Below are positions 1 to 8,982 of a stretch of DNA of 64,000 bases, in pieces. Numbering within the stretch: position 1 is the first letter of the stretch; each line of letters starts with the position of its first letter. The notes under the pieces were generated by a model. That model saw nothing but the letters and a program-made list of their open reading frames with translations, was not told the DNA's origin and did not search any database. Source of the stretch: Barthelona sp. PCE (lineage: Eukaryota). The DNA is taken from the NCBI GenBank assembly GCA_040285745.1, contig JAUFOR010000003.1:1178001-1242000 (forward strand), read 5' to 3'. Both the position numbers and the translations under genes were made by a program.

Positions 1-2
1 GT

Positions 3-557
3 CGTGGAATTTACAACTATTTCCTCGACAAAATGAGCAGAATGGTTACTGACAGCGGCCTCACCCCTGTTGGTTGGGGCGAAATCTACCGTAAAACCGA
101 TGGAAAGGCGCCAAAATCAATGATTGTTGAAGCTTGGGCTTTTAATGATTTCTTTAAGGAAGCTATCCAGAAGGGTTACAAGGTCCTCCTCGCTCACGGT
201 TTCTACTTGGATCAGCAGGTTCCCTCCCCTAGTCGCACTACACACTACCTCTGGGGTGACACATTCTATGATTTCCTTGGTGTTGATCCCCTCAACGGTT
301 TGTCGAAAGAGGAGCAGAAATCAGTGTTGGGCGGCGAGATCCCCATGTGGGGAGAACAGGTGAACAACCGCATGATTGTATCTCGTGTTTTCCCTCGGGC
401 TTTCGGTGCTTCTGCAACTTTTTGGTCTGATGTGCAAGAATACGATGTTACTGCAACTAGATACGTTATTAACGATCTTTCCTGCCGCATGAACGGACGT
501 GGTCATGACATGGGCCCAATGTATGCTGGTTATTGTATGTATGCAGATGTTGAATAA
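3..557 (+). CDS. Beta-hexosaminidase (GH20), C-terminal part; 5' end lies outside the window
   Basis: Frame is open from position 3 (RGIYNYFLDKM...). Motifs VGWGE, GFYLD, VLGGEIPMWGEQV and SRVFPRA match the end of the GH20 catalytic barrel. Confidence 0.85.
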   Translation, partial: RGIYNYFLDKMSRMVTDSGLTPVGWGEIYRKTDGKAPKSMIVEAWAFNDFFKEAIQKGYKVLLAHGFYLDQQVPSPSRTTHYLWGDTFYDFLGVDPLNGLSKEEQKSVLGGEIPMWGEQVNNRMIVSRVFPRAFGASATFWSDVQEYDVTATRYVINDLSCRMNGRGHDMGPMYAGYCMYADVE

Positions 558-580
558 ATTTATTAAAATATTTTATTATA

Positions 581-2872
581 TTAAAATGAAAGTTTATCAG
601 AAATTGAAGAGTATTTACGTAGATTATGTTTGATATTAGTTATTACAAAATTAATCTCGGTATAACACTCTGTCAACATCGTGAACAATGGTAATGCGAG
701 AAAGTTAATAAATCCAATCTGTTGCTTACATACATCAGCCAATGATGCAGGTAAGGGTGGACTTAAATCGGGGGCAAATGATGGTGCTATAGTCACCATA
801 TCTTGTACCTCTCTGTAGTAACGTTGCGCCCATCTTTTTGCCAAACTAAAAGATTTCGTTACATTGGAGATATCAACTGCTTTAATAAACAATTGTAAGA
901 AAATAATGCGCTTTTCGGGAGGAATTTGTTCTAAAGTAAGACCTTCCAAAGCTGTAGCTGAATGTAGAATTTTTGAATGTAATGCCATATCCGTTGAAAT
1001 AATGAGCTGTTCGACGTTACTTATAATTCGATCAACAACACCACTGCCCAGATGACTTAACAACCCTGATGCAGTGATGGTATGTTTAGTTATTTTTAAA
1101 TGAAGCTTTTCCAAGGGTGATGCATCTGGAAAAGCCTTAGTGATATCATGGTCTATTTTTCGAAGACATGCTTCATTAAGACCAGGATGACCACAATCAT
1201 GGCATATTGTGGCAAGACCTACAGACAGTAATTCTTCAGGTTTAAAGCTATCTATGGTACTGTGAGCGATGAAGAAAACAGAAATATACAGGACATCCAA
1301 CACATGCGATCGATTGTGGTAAGCATTATGCTGAGACATAGTCTCGATAACATCAAAGAAGAACTGACGTAATCGCTGTTCTTTAAGATTAAACTGCTTA
1401 ATGACGCCAAGAAATTGGAATAGCACAAGGAAAAGATAATAAGAAGTGATTGGTCGTCGAGAAAAAGCACTGACATCAAATTTGTTGGTTAAAAATGGTC
1501 CAGAATCCATGCAGCTCTCTTGTAAAATTTGCAAATGCTCATATTCGAGAACATCCAAGTCATTAAGAATGTTCTTCATGATCGTAAATAACTGATTGTC
1601 ATCGTAACCAAACGTATCTAAATCAAAACAAGAGTTGGTCATTGACGTATAACTACTATCTGAATTAAGAGAAGAAGAAATTTCAAAATTATCAGTCTTT
1701 TCAATATTAAATTCAGCAAGTGAATCATCTACTATGTTAAAACCATCTACTGAAAACGTTCTATCAAAAGACTGAAAATGTGAATTTTTTAACAAATTTT
1801 CAGCTGATCCTGAAGTCAATGAGTTCCTGCTTGGGATTGAAATGACATCAATGTCTAATTCATCAAAACGACTTTTTAACAAATCTTCATCAAAACCACT
1901 CACTTTTAAATGTTCAGGAGTGTGAGTTCCTGATTCTATTCCGAATTCAACATTGTCAAAATACAAAAACTCAGCCACGTCAACCTCCCCATTTTCATCA
2001 ACATTACAAACTGCAGTACTTAATTCTTCAGTCTCATAAGAATCTTCTGCAATAACGCACTCCAGGCCATTGTAGTTCATACGCAACCTCGGGGACAAGA
2101 ATCTGTCCAATGTATTTGGGACATTACCGTCAATATTGTCTACCGGATAATTTGATCTATTAGACTGACGTAGGAATTCCAAAAACAATTTTGAACATGC
2201 GCATCTTATCAAATGGACTGCAAATGGGTCATTGTCGACGTGCATTTCAAGCAGTTTTAACCTCTTTATATGCTCAAAATCAATTAAATGGATATTTGGG
2301 AAAACCTTTTCTGTCTCAAAGAAAAATAATTCTGATGAAATATTCTGATAGAAGTCTGCATCGAGCTGACGCACAGCAATAAACTCTTCAATGTTTCTTC
2401 TCTCACTCTTGCAGTTGTAGTAGAAATTTTCAAAACCGTAGTCCAATCCTATACATTCATAAACCACTTTCATTGTGTCAAGGAACTTGCTGTGGTTCAG
2501 TAGCTGCAGCCTTACCGTGTCATATTCAAAAAATTGTGCTTCCTCGGTGTCAAGGGAATGAAGTTGAAAACGAGTCGATCCTGGTGCTGAAAAGCCTAAT
2601 GAGCAGCGTAATTCAGGTAAATTCAGTAATCCAACCGAGAACGAAGTACCATGAACGATGTCTGAAGGTTCTAACACAGCTATTTCCATTTTATGGTTAA
2701 ATATTTCTAACTCAAGGCCAACTGATCCGCACAGAAGGAAAAAAACACTTTTGCAACCAACATCCCTTATTTTTTCCATCACTTGCTCGCAAGAAAGGGT
2801 ATTAAAAATTTGTAATTGTGTTTGAAGCGATAATTCACTTATCATTTGTGTTATTTCATCAATAACACCCAT
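581..2872 (-). CDS. Class I 3',5'-cyclic nucleotide phosphodiesterase with an unassigned N-terminal region
   Basis: C-terminal PDEase_I motifs YHNRSHVLDV, HDCGHPG, LEKLH, STDMALH, KAVDISN and QIGFINF. Confidence 0.9.
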   Translation of the reverse strand: MGVIDEITQMISELSLQTQLQIFNTLSCEQVMEKIRDVGCKSVFFLLCGSVGLELEIFNHKMEIAVLEPSDIVHGTSFSVGLLNLPELRCSLGFSAPGSTRFQLHSLDTEEAQFFEYDTVRLQLLNHSKFLDTMKVVYECIGLDYGFENFYYNCKSERRNIEEFIAVRQLDADFYQNISSELFFFETEKVFPNIHLIDFEHIKRLKLLEMHVDNDPFAVHLIRCACSKLFLEFLRQSNRSNYPVDNIDGNVPNTLDRFLSPRLRMNYNGLECVIAEDSYETEELSTAVCNVDENGEVDVAEFLYFDNVEFGIESGTHTPEHLKVSGFDEDLLKSRFDELDIDVISIPSRNSLTSGSAENLLKNSHFQSFDRTFSVDGFNIVDDSLAEFNIEKTDNFEISSSLNSDSSYTSMTNSCFDLDTFGYDDNQLFTIMKNILNDLDVLEYEHLQILQESCMDSGPFLTNKFDVSAFSRRPITSYYLFLVLFQFLGVIKQFNLKEQRLRQFFFDVIETMSQHNAYHNRSHVLDVLYISVFFIAHSTIDSFKPEELLSVGLATICHDCGHPGLNEACLRKIDHDITKAFPDASPLEKLHLKITKHTITASGLLSHLGSGVVDRIISNVEQLIISTDMALHSKILHSATALEGLTLEQIPPEKRIIFLQLFIKAVDISNVTKSFSLAKRWAQRYYREVQDMVTIAPSFAPDLSPPLPASLADVCKQQIGFINFLALPLFTMLTECYTEINFVITNIKHNLRKYSSISDKLSF

Positions 2873-3284
2873 ATTTTATCCCTTGTACGTTGTAAGTAAC
2901 TGAATTATATGAAGAAGGTCAGAATTAGAGAAACACTTCTTAATATCTAAATAAGAACTATGCAGGACCTTGGTTCAATCGTTAAAGGAGTAGAAAGATA
3001 TTGTAATATTGTTATTGTAGTCTATACTACGAATTTTCTTTGTTCCTTAAAAAACTATTGGAAATGCGGCAATTTACTACATACTCTAACTTTTCTGCTA
3101 AACACTACTACTTTTATCGACATATACAGTTTCAAGAGAGAAAAAACAGGAAAACCAAATTGTATGGCTTATCCCTAATTTAATATCCAGCATCTGGATT
3201 TAATTAAGTGTGAGGCCATAATCTAAGTGGTTTAGTATTCTAAAAAACAGATTTTGATTTCTTTTCCTTTTACATAAAATTACC

Positions 3285-6200
3285 ATCACAAACCGACTTT
3301 TAGGGGCATATTTAGCCATATTGTGCTTATTCTATGTTGTTTTAGGAGAAAGTTGCCACGGTACCACAAGTTTCTTAGCATTGCAATCAGAAAAACACTT
3401 CTCAAACCTTAAGGACTGCACCCTAGGTATTGAAGTTGTGGAACCTACGTCTGTGTTCTTCGAAAACCTTGATAATGTCACAATCGAATGGAAAATCACC
3501 CAGAAATCTTTTATTTCTATTAATATATACGGTGGATCCATAATTTTCAGCAGTATACCCACAAATTCTACATTTTTCTCACAAGACTCCACCATATCAC
3601 TGCCAAAAAACATAGTAATTGAAGGAGAAATGTATATTGAAAATGGCGCACTAGATGGATCAAATTTTCATATAAACGGTGACATTCACATGAATGGTAC
3701 CCGTCTTGGTGTTTCAGTCATGGGTATATCGGAACATTATTGTGTCATGCGTAAGGTTATATGGCTTAAAACAAAAAAAATATACGTAGGAGGTTTTGAA
3801 TTTTTAACTATGTATAATTCTTTCAGTATACATTATAAATTAGATATCAATTTGGTTGAGATAACCAATGTTATCTTAGATGAATATGTTATGAATTCAT
3901 TACTTGATATGAGTATAAGTTGTTTTGAGATAGAAAAAATATCATTACTGAATTATGCTTCAAGTATAAAGAATTGGGCTTTTGGTTGCTCTGCAGATCA
4001 CATATACTTATCAAACGCAAATATTGAGAATCTAGATCTACAATATGCCTCCAGTTCTGTAATAACTCAAAGTAACATCAGTAGAATCACAGACAGAACA
4101 CCTGCTCAGAACATGAAATCGATCAATATCACAGACAGTACGATACAAAGCGTTGCTGTTGAAGGAAATTTATGTCTGAATAACGTCTGGCCAATACTTC
4201 AAGAGATTGAGGTTGATGCAAACCATGATTCGCTAATTACATTTGAAAATTTAAATATGAGTGAGAAAGGGTGGCATTTTATTTTGAATTCTCACATGAT
4301 TGGGGCCAAATTCGTTATGAAAAAGATTCAACTCAGTGCAATGAAAAAATCTATGTTTCCAGATTTTTTTGTAAGTTACATCATTATTGACAGTTTGATC
4401 ATTAATGCACATATCAGACACAACAACTTATATCTTTACAATTCTTCATTTGAGAGAATTACAGGTCTTGCTCTGAATACTATGACCATCAAGAACAGTA
4501 ACATTAGAAACTCTATTTATGTAGAATCCACCCCATTCACAGTGGATTTTGCGCTTGATCATTCAACTATCGTTAATGTTCGGATGAAACAGTGTTTTAG
4601 ATACAATGCAACAGACAGTTATTTCTATAAGGTTAGTTTTCTTGATATTTGTGATGAAATTACATACATCGATAACACAACGTTTAGCAATTCCGAAATA
4701 CACAATTCTTTCCTGTTGAAGGTAACGGAACATAGTGTGTTCAATGCTTTAACCTTTGAGAACTGTCAAGGTGATATCACCAGTCATAAGAATTCAACTT
4801 TTTTTACTCTAGATAGTCTGACTGATCATCCAGTGTATTTCAACAATTTGGAAGTCAAAGGGTCTTCGAATCGCATTACTGCTCTTTTGAACAGCAATGA
4901 TGATAAAAAAATTTCTAAATTCTTGCACATAGGAATTCATTATAGTACCATAAGCATGCTCAGCCTGGCCACCGTCAATACCCACATGATTGGCTTTGAG
5001 ATTTCTAATTCGGTTATAAGTACACCAATGGCGATTTTTTCAAACGGATATCAAACAAATTTAACTGTGATTGATTCAAAAATAATCACAGACACCCTAA
5101 TTTACTGCAATGAACTGTTTTTGTCGCTATTAGGGGAAGTTAACATCACAGTATACGGTATGCAAACGAAAATTGCACTGGCGCCGATTATTGCAAAATA
5201 CACACATATTGCAGTGCTGAATTCTTTCGTGTCTCTTGATTCTGCGTTTATTTACACGCTTTATAGTGATTTTCTTGACTTTTCTGGATTTTTCAGCTCA
5301 GAAAAAACTTCCAGCGCTGGTATTTTTGCTGCACACAAATGTTTATTCGTGTTCACAAACGTGACAGCAACTGTTAATTGTCATATTTTGAAAAAAGATG
5401 ATGTATCACATCTTCCTCATGCCACATGTTTTGCAACCGAAGATTGTCCAGCACAACACCGAGTCCAAAAGCGTACCTTCTACGTACTGGGTAATAACGA
5501 ATCATATGGAGAACCTGTTCCGCGAAGTGGATATCCTTATACAATTCCGTTAAGCAAAACAGGTGGTACTACTGTTCCAACGTCGTTTGTTGTCGCCCAT
5601 AACTATAATATCCATCACACAACAGCAGTTCTTGATCACAACAGTTATTCTGTTCACATTAGTATTGCAAAGATTTCACCCCTCACTGAGAGCAGTGTAT
5701 TCATCGTATCGCCTTTCACCGACATTAAGGAATATCAAATTACGGAGCCCTCCTGCGGAATGGGGTATTACCAGAAGTCTGAATCATGCTCTCCGTGTCA
5801 AATAGGAACTCATCAGTTTTCATCAAGTCTTGATGCATCTCCTGAGAATTGCAGAACGGACTGGGAACTGAATGGCATCGAGGATTTCCTGTTGGTCCGC
5901 TACACAGGCTCTCATTACACCGTTGACCCTGGATACTTCATCAGTGAGTACCCCAACAACAATACAGTTGCTCTTTTTAAATGCCGTGGTAGAGAGTGCT
6001 GTGGTGGCAGAGTTAACGCGGGTATCAGTGGCATGGACCTTTCACTGCCAGAGAATGCGCTCATTTCATATCAAGTAGCTTTGAGAGATGGTATCCCCAA
6101 TACAGGATGCACAATCCTCCATCGTGGCATGATGTGCGATAAGTGTGTTAAAAAATATAAGGGACAAAATGTTGTAATGCAGCCGTTCACTGGTTCCTGC

Positions 6201-7262
6201 ATGGTCGCCCCATCGAGTTATATATATTACTCGGCGATATTGACGCATGCAGTAATTGTTACAGTTGTGGTGTTCTTGTATAAAAGAGGACACTTGGCAC
6301 CCTGGACACGTATTTTGCGTATGAAAACGGAGATGGGATTATTAGATTATGACGTTTTTGAAGCTATTACTCTTTTATTTGATCTGCTGCTTATTAGCAT
6401 TCCTTTTTTATCGTTTTACAACCAAAATATTGTCCTTGAGCCTGAAGAGGGTCATTTTAAGCATTATCTGAAGATGCTACAAAATGTTTTTCTGTTCTCT
6501 TTGCTCACAACCAGATTTTCCATGAACAGAAACGAATTAGTGTTTTCATTCGTTCTTTCGCTTTTCATTCTTTGTGTTTTGCCCTTAGTATATGCAATTG
6601 TCAAGAAATTAATTCTTAGAAAACGTTTTAGGAATGTATCTAGACATATTCGAACTTCTTCTTCTTTAATCTTCTTCTTTTTCCCTGTTTTCATCTCTTC
6701 TTTCATCTCGTTCTGTGTTCCTGTTCACATTAATGACCAATTAGGCATCATATCAAAGAAATTTTCGAGTCCAAGACTTGTCGACACAAGAACATACACA
6801 GTATATGAGTTTGAAATACCTTTACCTTTAAAAGATCGTATCACCCAGTTTCTCATCCCGCTTGGCGTCATCATAATATGTGCATTATATGTTTTATGGC
6901 TTGGTCTTCGGGAGAGAGAAGGACTGCAAAAAAAATACAAGTACCTTTATCTTTACATCGTACTAATACAAGGTTTTGTTTTTTCCTTCAGCTCGGATGA
7001 ATTACCACTCTTCAGCATGTACCTCTGGGGCCTTGGTGCTCTGTTTTATGTTGTTAGACCATTTAGAATTGATGTCCTAAACACATTAGCTTTTGCATAT
7101 TTTGCTTGCTACATTTTGTTCAAGCTTGTCTGGTCGGGAGGCGTGCTGTTTGGCTTTGTCTTGGTGTTAATTGTGATTTTCAGTTTAGTTTTCGCTGTTC
7201 GAATCAAAGATAAAGAAAACTCCTTTGTTGACACGAACCTGCTCCAGCCTTTCATTGAATAG
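3285..7262 (+). CDS. Large surface/membrane protein: signal peptide, beta-helix-like Asn/Ser/Ile-rich ectodomain, Cys-rich segment, multi-pass C-terminus; start codon uncertain (ATC at 3285)
   Basis: Open frame of more than 1300 codons. Hydrophobic N-terminus NRLLGAYLAILCLFYVVLG; Cys motifs CGMGYYQKSESCSPCQIG and HRGMMCDKC; about 8-9 hydrophobic segments at the C-terminus. First in-frame ATG is only at 3630. Confidence 0.7.
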   Translation: MTNRLLGAYLAILCLFYVVLGESCHGTTSFLALQSEKHFSNLKDCTLGIEVVEPTSVFFENLDNVTIEWKITQKSFISINIYGGSIIFSSIPTNSTFFSQDSTISLPKNIVIEGEMYIENGALDGSNFHINGDIHMNGTRLGVSVMGISEHYCVMRKVIWLKTKKIYVGGFEFLTMYNSFSIHYKLDINLVEITNVILDEYVMNSLLDMSISCFEIEKISLLNYASSIKNWAFGCSADHIYLSNANIENLDLQYASSSVITQSNISRITDRTPAQNMKSINITDSTIQSVAVEGNLCLNNVWPILQEIEVDANHDSLITFENLNMSEKGWHFILNSHMIGAKFVMKKIQLSAMKKSMFPDFFVSYIIIDSLIINAHIRHNNLYLYNSSFERITGLALNTMTIKNSNIRNSIYVESTPFTVDFALDHSTIVNVRMKQCFRYNATDSYFYKVSFLDICDEITYIDNTTFSNSEIHNSFLLKVTEHSVFNALTFENCQGDITSHKNSTFFTLDSLTDHPVYFNNLEVKGSSNRITALLNSNDDKKISKFLHIGIHYSTISMLSLATVNTHMIGFEISNSVISTPMAIFSNGYQTNLTVIDSKIITDTLIYCNELFLSLLGEVNITVYGMQTKIALAPIIAKYTHIAVLNSFVSLDSAFIYTLYSDFLDFSGFFSSEKTSSAGIFAAHKCLFVFTNVTATVNCHILKKDDVSHLPHATCFATEDCPAQHRVQKRTFYVLGNNESYGEPVPRSGYPYTIPLSKTGGTTVPTSFVVAHNYNIHHTTAVLDHNSYSVHISIAKISPLTESSVFIVSPFTDIKEYQITEPSCGMGYYQKSESCSPCQIGTHQFSSSLDASPENCRTDWELNGIEDFLLVRYTGSHYTVDPGYFISEYPNNNTVALFKCRGRECCGGRVNAGISGMDLSLPENALISYQVALRDGIPNTGCTILHRGMMCDKCVKKYKGQNVVMQPFTGSCMVAPSSYIYYSAILTHAVIVTVVVFLYKRGHLAPWTRILRMKTEMGLLDYDVFEAITLLFDLLLISIPFLSFYNQNIVLEPEEGHFKHYLKMLQNVFLFSLLTTRFSMNRNELVFSFVLSLFILCVLPLVYAIVKKLILRKRFRNVSRHIRTSSSLIFFFFPVFISSFISFCVPVHINDQLGIISKKFSSPRLVDTRTYTVYEFEIPLPLKDRITQFLIPLGVIIICALYVLWLGLREREGLQKKYKYLYLYIVLIQGFVFSFSSDELPLFSMYLWGLGALFYVVRPFRIDVLNTLAFAYFACYILFKLVWSGGVLFGFVLVLIVIFSLVFAVRIKDKENSFVDTNLLQPFIE

Positions 7263-7278
7263 CTTGTTAATAAATTCC

Positions 7279-8238
7279 TTATGTATCCTTGAAGCAGAGA
7301 ACACTAGATACACGCCTTAAACACTTGTTTGGTGAGGTACCGCACTCAGACATTTGCATAAACGGGAAGCATTCATCGCTGCACTTGTTCAACAGTGTGT
7401 TGTATCTCATCAGGGTCGTGGAGCCGCCACCGTCAAGATTAACAGCATGCTGTATGTTTTCCCGCGTAACCAAGAAGTCTGCAAACTGATGCAGCGACAA
7501 TCCTTTAAGCTCCGGTTCGAATCCCTCGGCCTGAACGAGTTTGATAACGCCGTCCGCCGTTACACCTAATGCTACCCTAGGTGCGAATTCGTCGGCAAAT
7601 ATGTCATCAATGTGCTCGATCTCCCTTGCCTCTGCAACGTAATTCTCTCCGTCACGCACCAGCCATCCTATGCCCTGGATCAGGGTGTCTATATCTGTGT
7701 TCCTGATCGTTTCCGACTGCATATAGCCTACTAAAAGTCTGCCGTCTTTCAGAACTCCGATGTTAGTATTGCTACCCCCGAATATCTGCTGATACCCATC
7801 AAATATCGCATTACCGAGGCACATTCCGTTGTCCATGCCAAAGAACCCGGCGTTTGAGCCGGCTAAGCATCCTTGTCTTTCAAGAGTTTTAACCGCAGTG
7901 TTAAGATGTTGACCTTGACAACCATTAAGCGGTTCTAGAAACCTCATCCGCTTTGGACTGTAGCCTACACCAGTGGCTACAAGTACGTTCAACTTTTGAG
8001 TCCCACCTGGTCGATAGTAAGAAGCTTGATGGTGAGTTATTGAAAGAATCTTGTCCGAATTCAGATTAATTACGCGTATATCATCCTTATGGGCCATTTC
8101 TGTACTCATGCGCCTTGAGTTCACGAGAACATCACTGAATAAAGGCCCAAAACCGATATTTTCTGAAAAAATGGGTGTTGCAACACCAAACACAAAATAA
8201 AGTGCAAATAGTATGCCCGTCGCTACTGTTCTGTACAT
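7279..8238 (-). CDS. NAGPA: N-acetylglucosamine-1-phosphodiester alpha-N-acetylglucosaminidase (uncovering enzyme)-like, catalytic domain only
   Basis: ATG at 8238 (MYRTVA..., signal/anchor peptide). Motifs NAGFF-x5-CLGN, GRLLVGY, GIGWLVRDG, APRVALG, AVNLDGGGS and CxRRVSSVLC follow animal NAGPA in order. Confidence 0.85.
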   Translation of the reverse strand: MYRTVATGILFALYFVFGVATPIFSENIGFGPLFSDVLVNSRRMSTEMAHKDDIRVINLNSDKILSITHHQASYYRPGGTQKLNVLVATGVGYSPKRMRFLEPLNGCQGQHLNTAVKTLERQGCLAGSNAGFFGMDNGMCLGNAIFDGYQQIFGGSNTNIGVLKDGRLLVGYMQSETIRNTDIDTLIQGIGWLVRDGENYVAEAREIEHIDDIFADEFAPRVALGVTADGVIKLVQAEGFEPELKGLSLHQFADFLVTRENIQHAVNLDGGGSTTLMRYNTLLNKCSDECFPFMQMSECGTSPNKCLRRVSSVLCFKDT

Positions 8239-8409
8239 GATGTTTGAAAAAGGAAAAAAAGCGAGAAACACCTGCGCTACCTGAAAGTCGCACGTTGCTT
8301 CAGATTGCTTATGTCAGAGTTCTGATCACATATTCGGCGCACACGCATACAAACAGCCCGACAGCATCGCAGTAGAAATTCTGGACGTCATCAAAATGTC
8401 AGTCATCGT

Positions 8410-8800
8410 CGTGTGGTTCCAGCACACTTCCATTTTCAAAGAGTGTGCGCCGGTTGTGTGCCGCGCTGCAGAAGACACGAACCCTGAACAGTTAGATCTG
8501 CACTGACATCACACATAGATTTCAAAAGTCTGAGATTGTTGTGCTGCATAAACTGCCATACCAGCTGTGAACGCGAAACCCTATCGAAATGTCAGCCGGC
8601 CACGACGGTGCCGGGGTTTCAACCCCCAGCACGCGACGTAATCACCGAGCGGAACCAGTCTACAAAACAAAATTTATTATTCAATTGCTCTCGCCACTTA
8701 AGTTAACAACCAACCGGTGACGTAACACCGCTACTCCGGTACCCAGAAACAGTACACGGAGGCGAGTTACAATAATTTGGTTTGCAATGTTACAAATGCT
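8410..8800 (-). ncRNA. Candidate structured non-coding RNA, family unassigned
   Basis: ORF-free GC-rich island (38 of 60 bases G+C at 8581-8640) with several hairpins and a long-range helix. Mismatches read as G-U on the minus strand. See findings. Confidence 0.4.
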
Positions 8801-8933
8801 GCGTCAAAAGCTTGCTTTCCAAAAACTGATACATCGCACAAATACAAAACAGATTAAGGGACGAACTTACACATCGGGATACAGCCAGCACAGCCAAGAC
8901 GCATATTCCCCTTTTTCCCCTTTTTTCATCTGT

Positions 8934-8979
8934 GTATGTCAATATTTATACGTAATAAGACTCGACAGCTCATATTTAG
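8934..8979 (+). other. 46-nt spliceosomal intron in the aconitase 5' UTR
   Basis: GTATGT...GCTCATATTTAG. Same donor type, length class and 12-nt branch/acceptor spacing as the RPS4 intron. Lies between the CCTTT tract (8906-8928) and ACA-ATG. Confidence 0.7.
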
Positions 8980-8982
8980 ACA

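Noticed and set aside
2972-2980. tRNA B-box-like GGTTCAATC
   Set aside because: No T-stem or cloverleaf. I recognised no tRNA or rRNA gene in the window.
8314-8394. Box C (UGAUGA) to box D (CUGA) spacing of about 80 nt on minus
   Set aside because: No terminal stem and no rRNA-complementary guide that I could recognise.
8441-8510. TPP-riboswitch-like string on plus (GTGTGC...GCTGCAGAAGACACGAACCCTGAACAG...CTGC)
   Set aside because: The invariant UGAGA is interrupted, the UAAU loop is missing and there is no GNAGG to close P4.
8494-8512. IRE-like CAGUGC loop on the minus strand near the aconitase
   Set aside because: G-G mismatch in the upper stem, no bulged C, wrong strand for the aconitase mRNA, and the enzyme is not IRP1-type.
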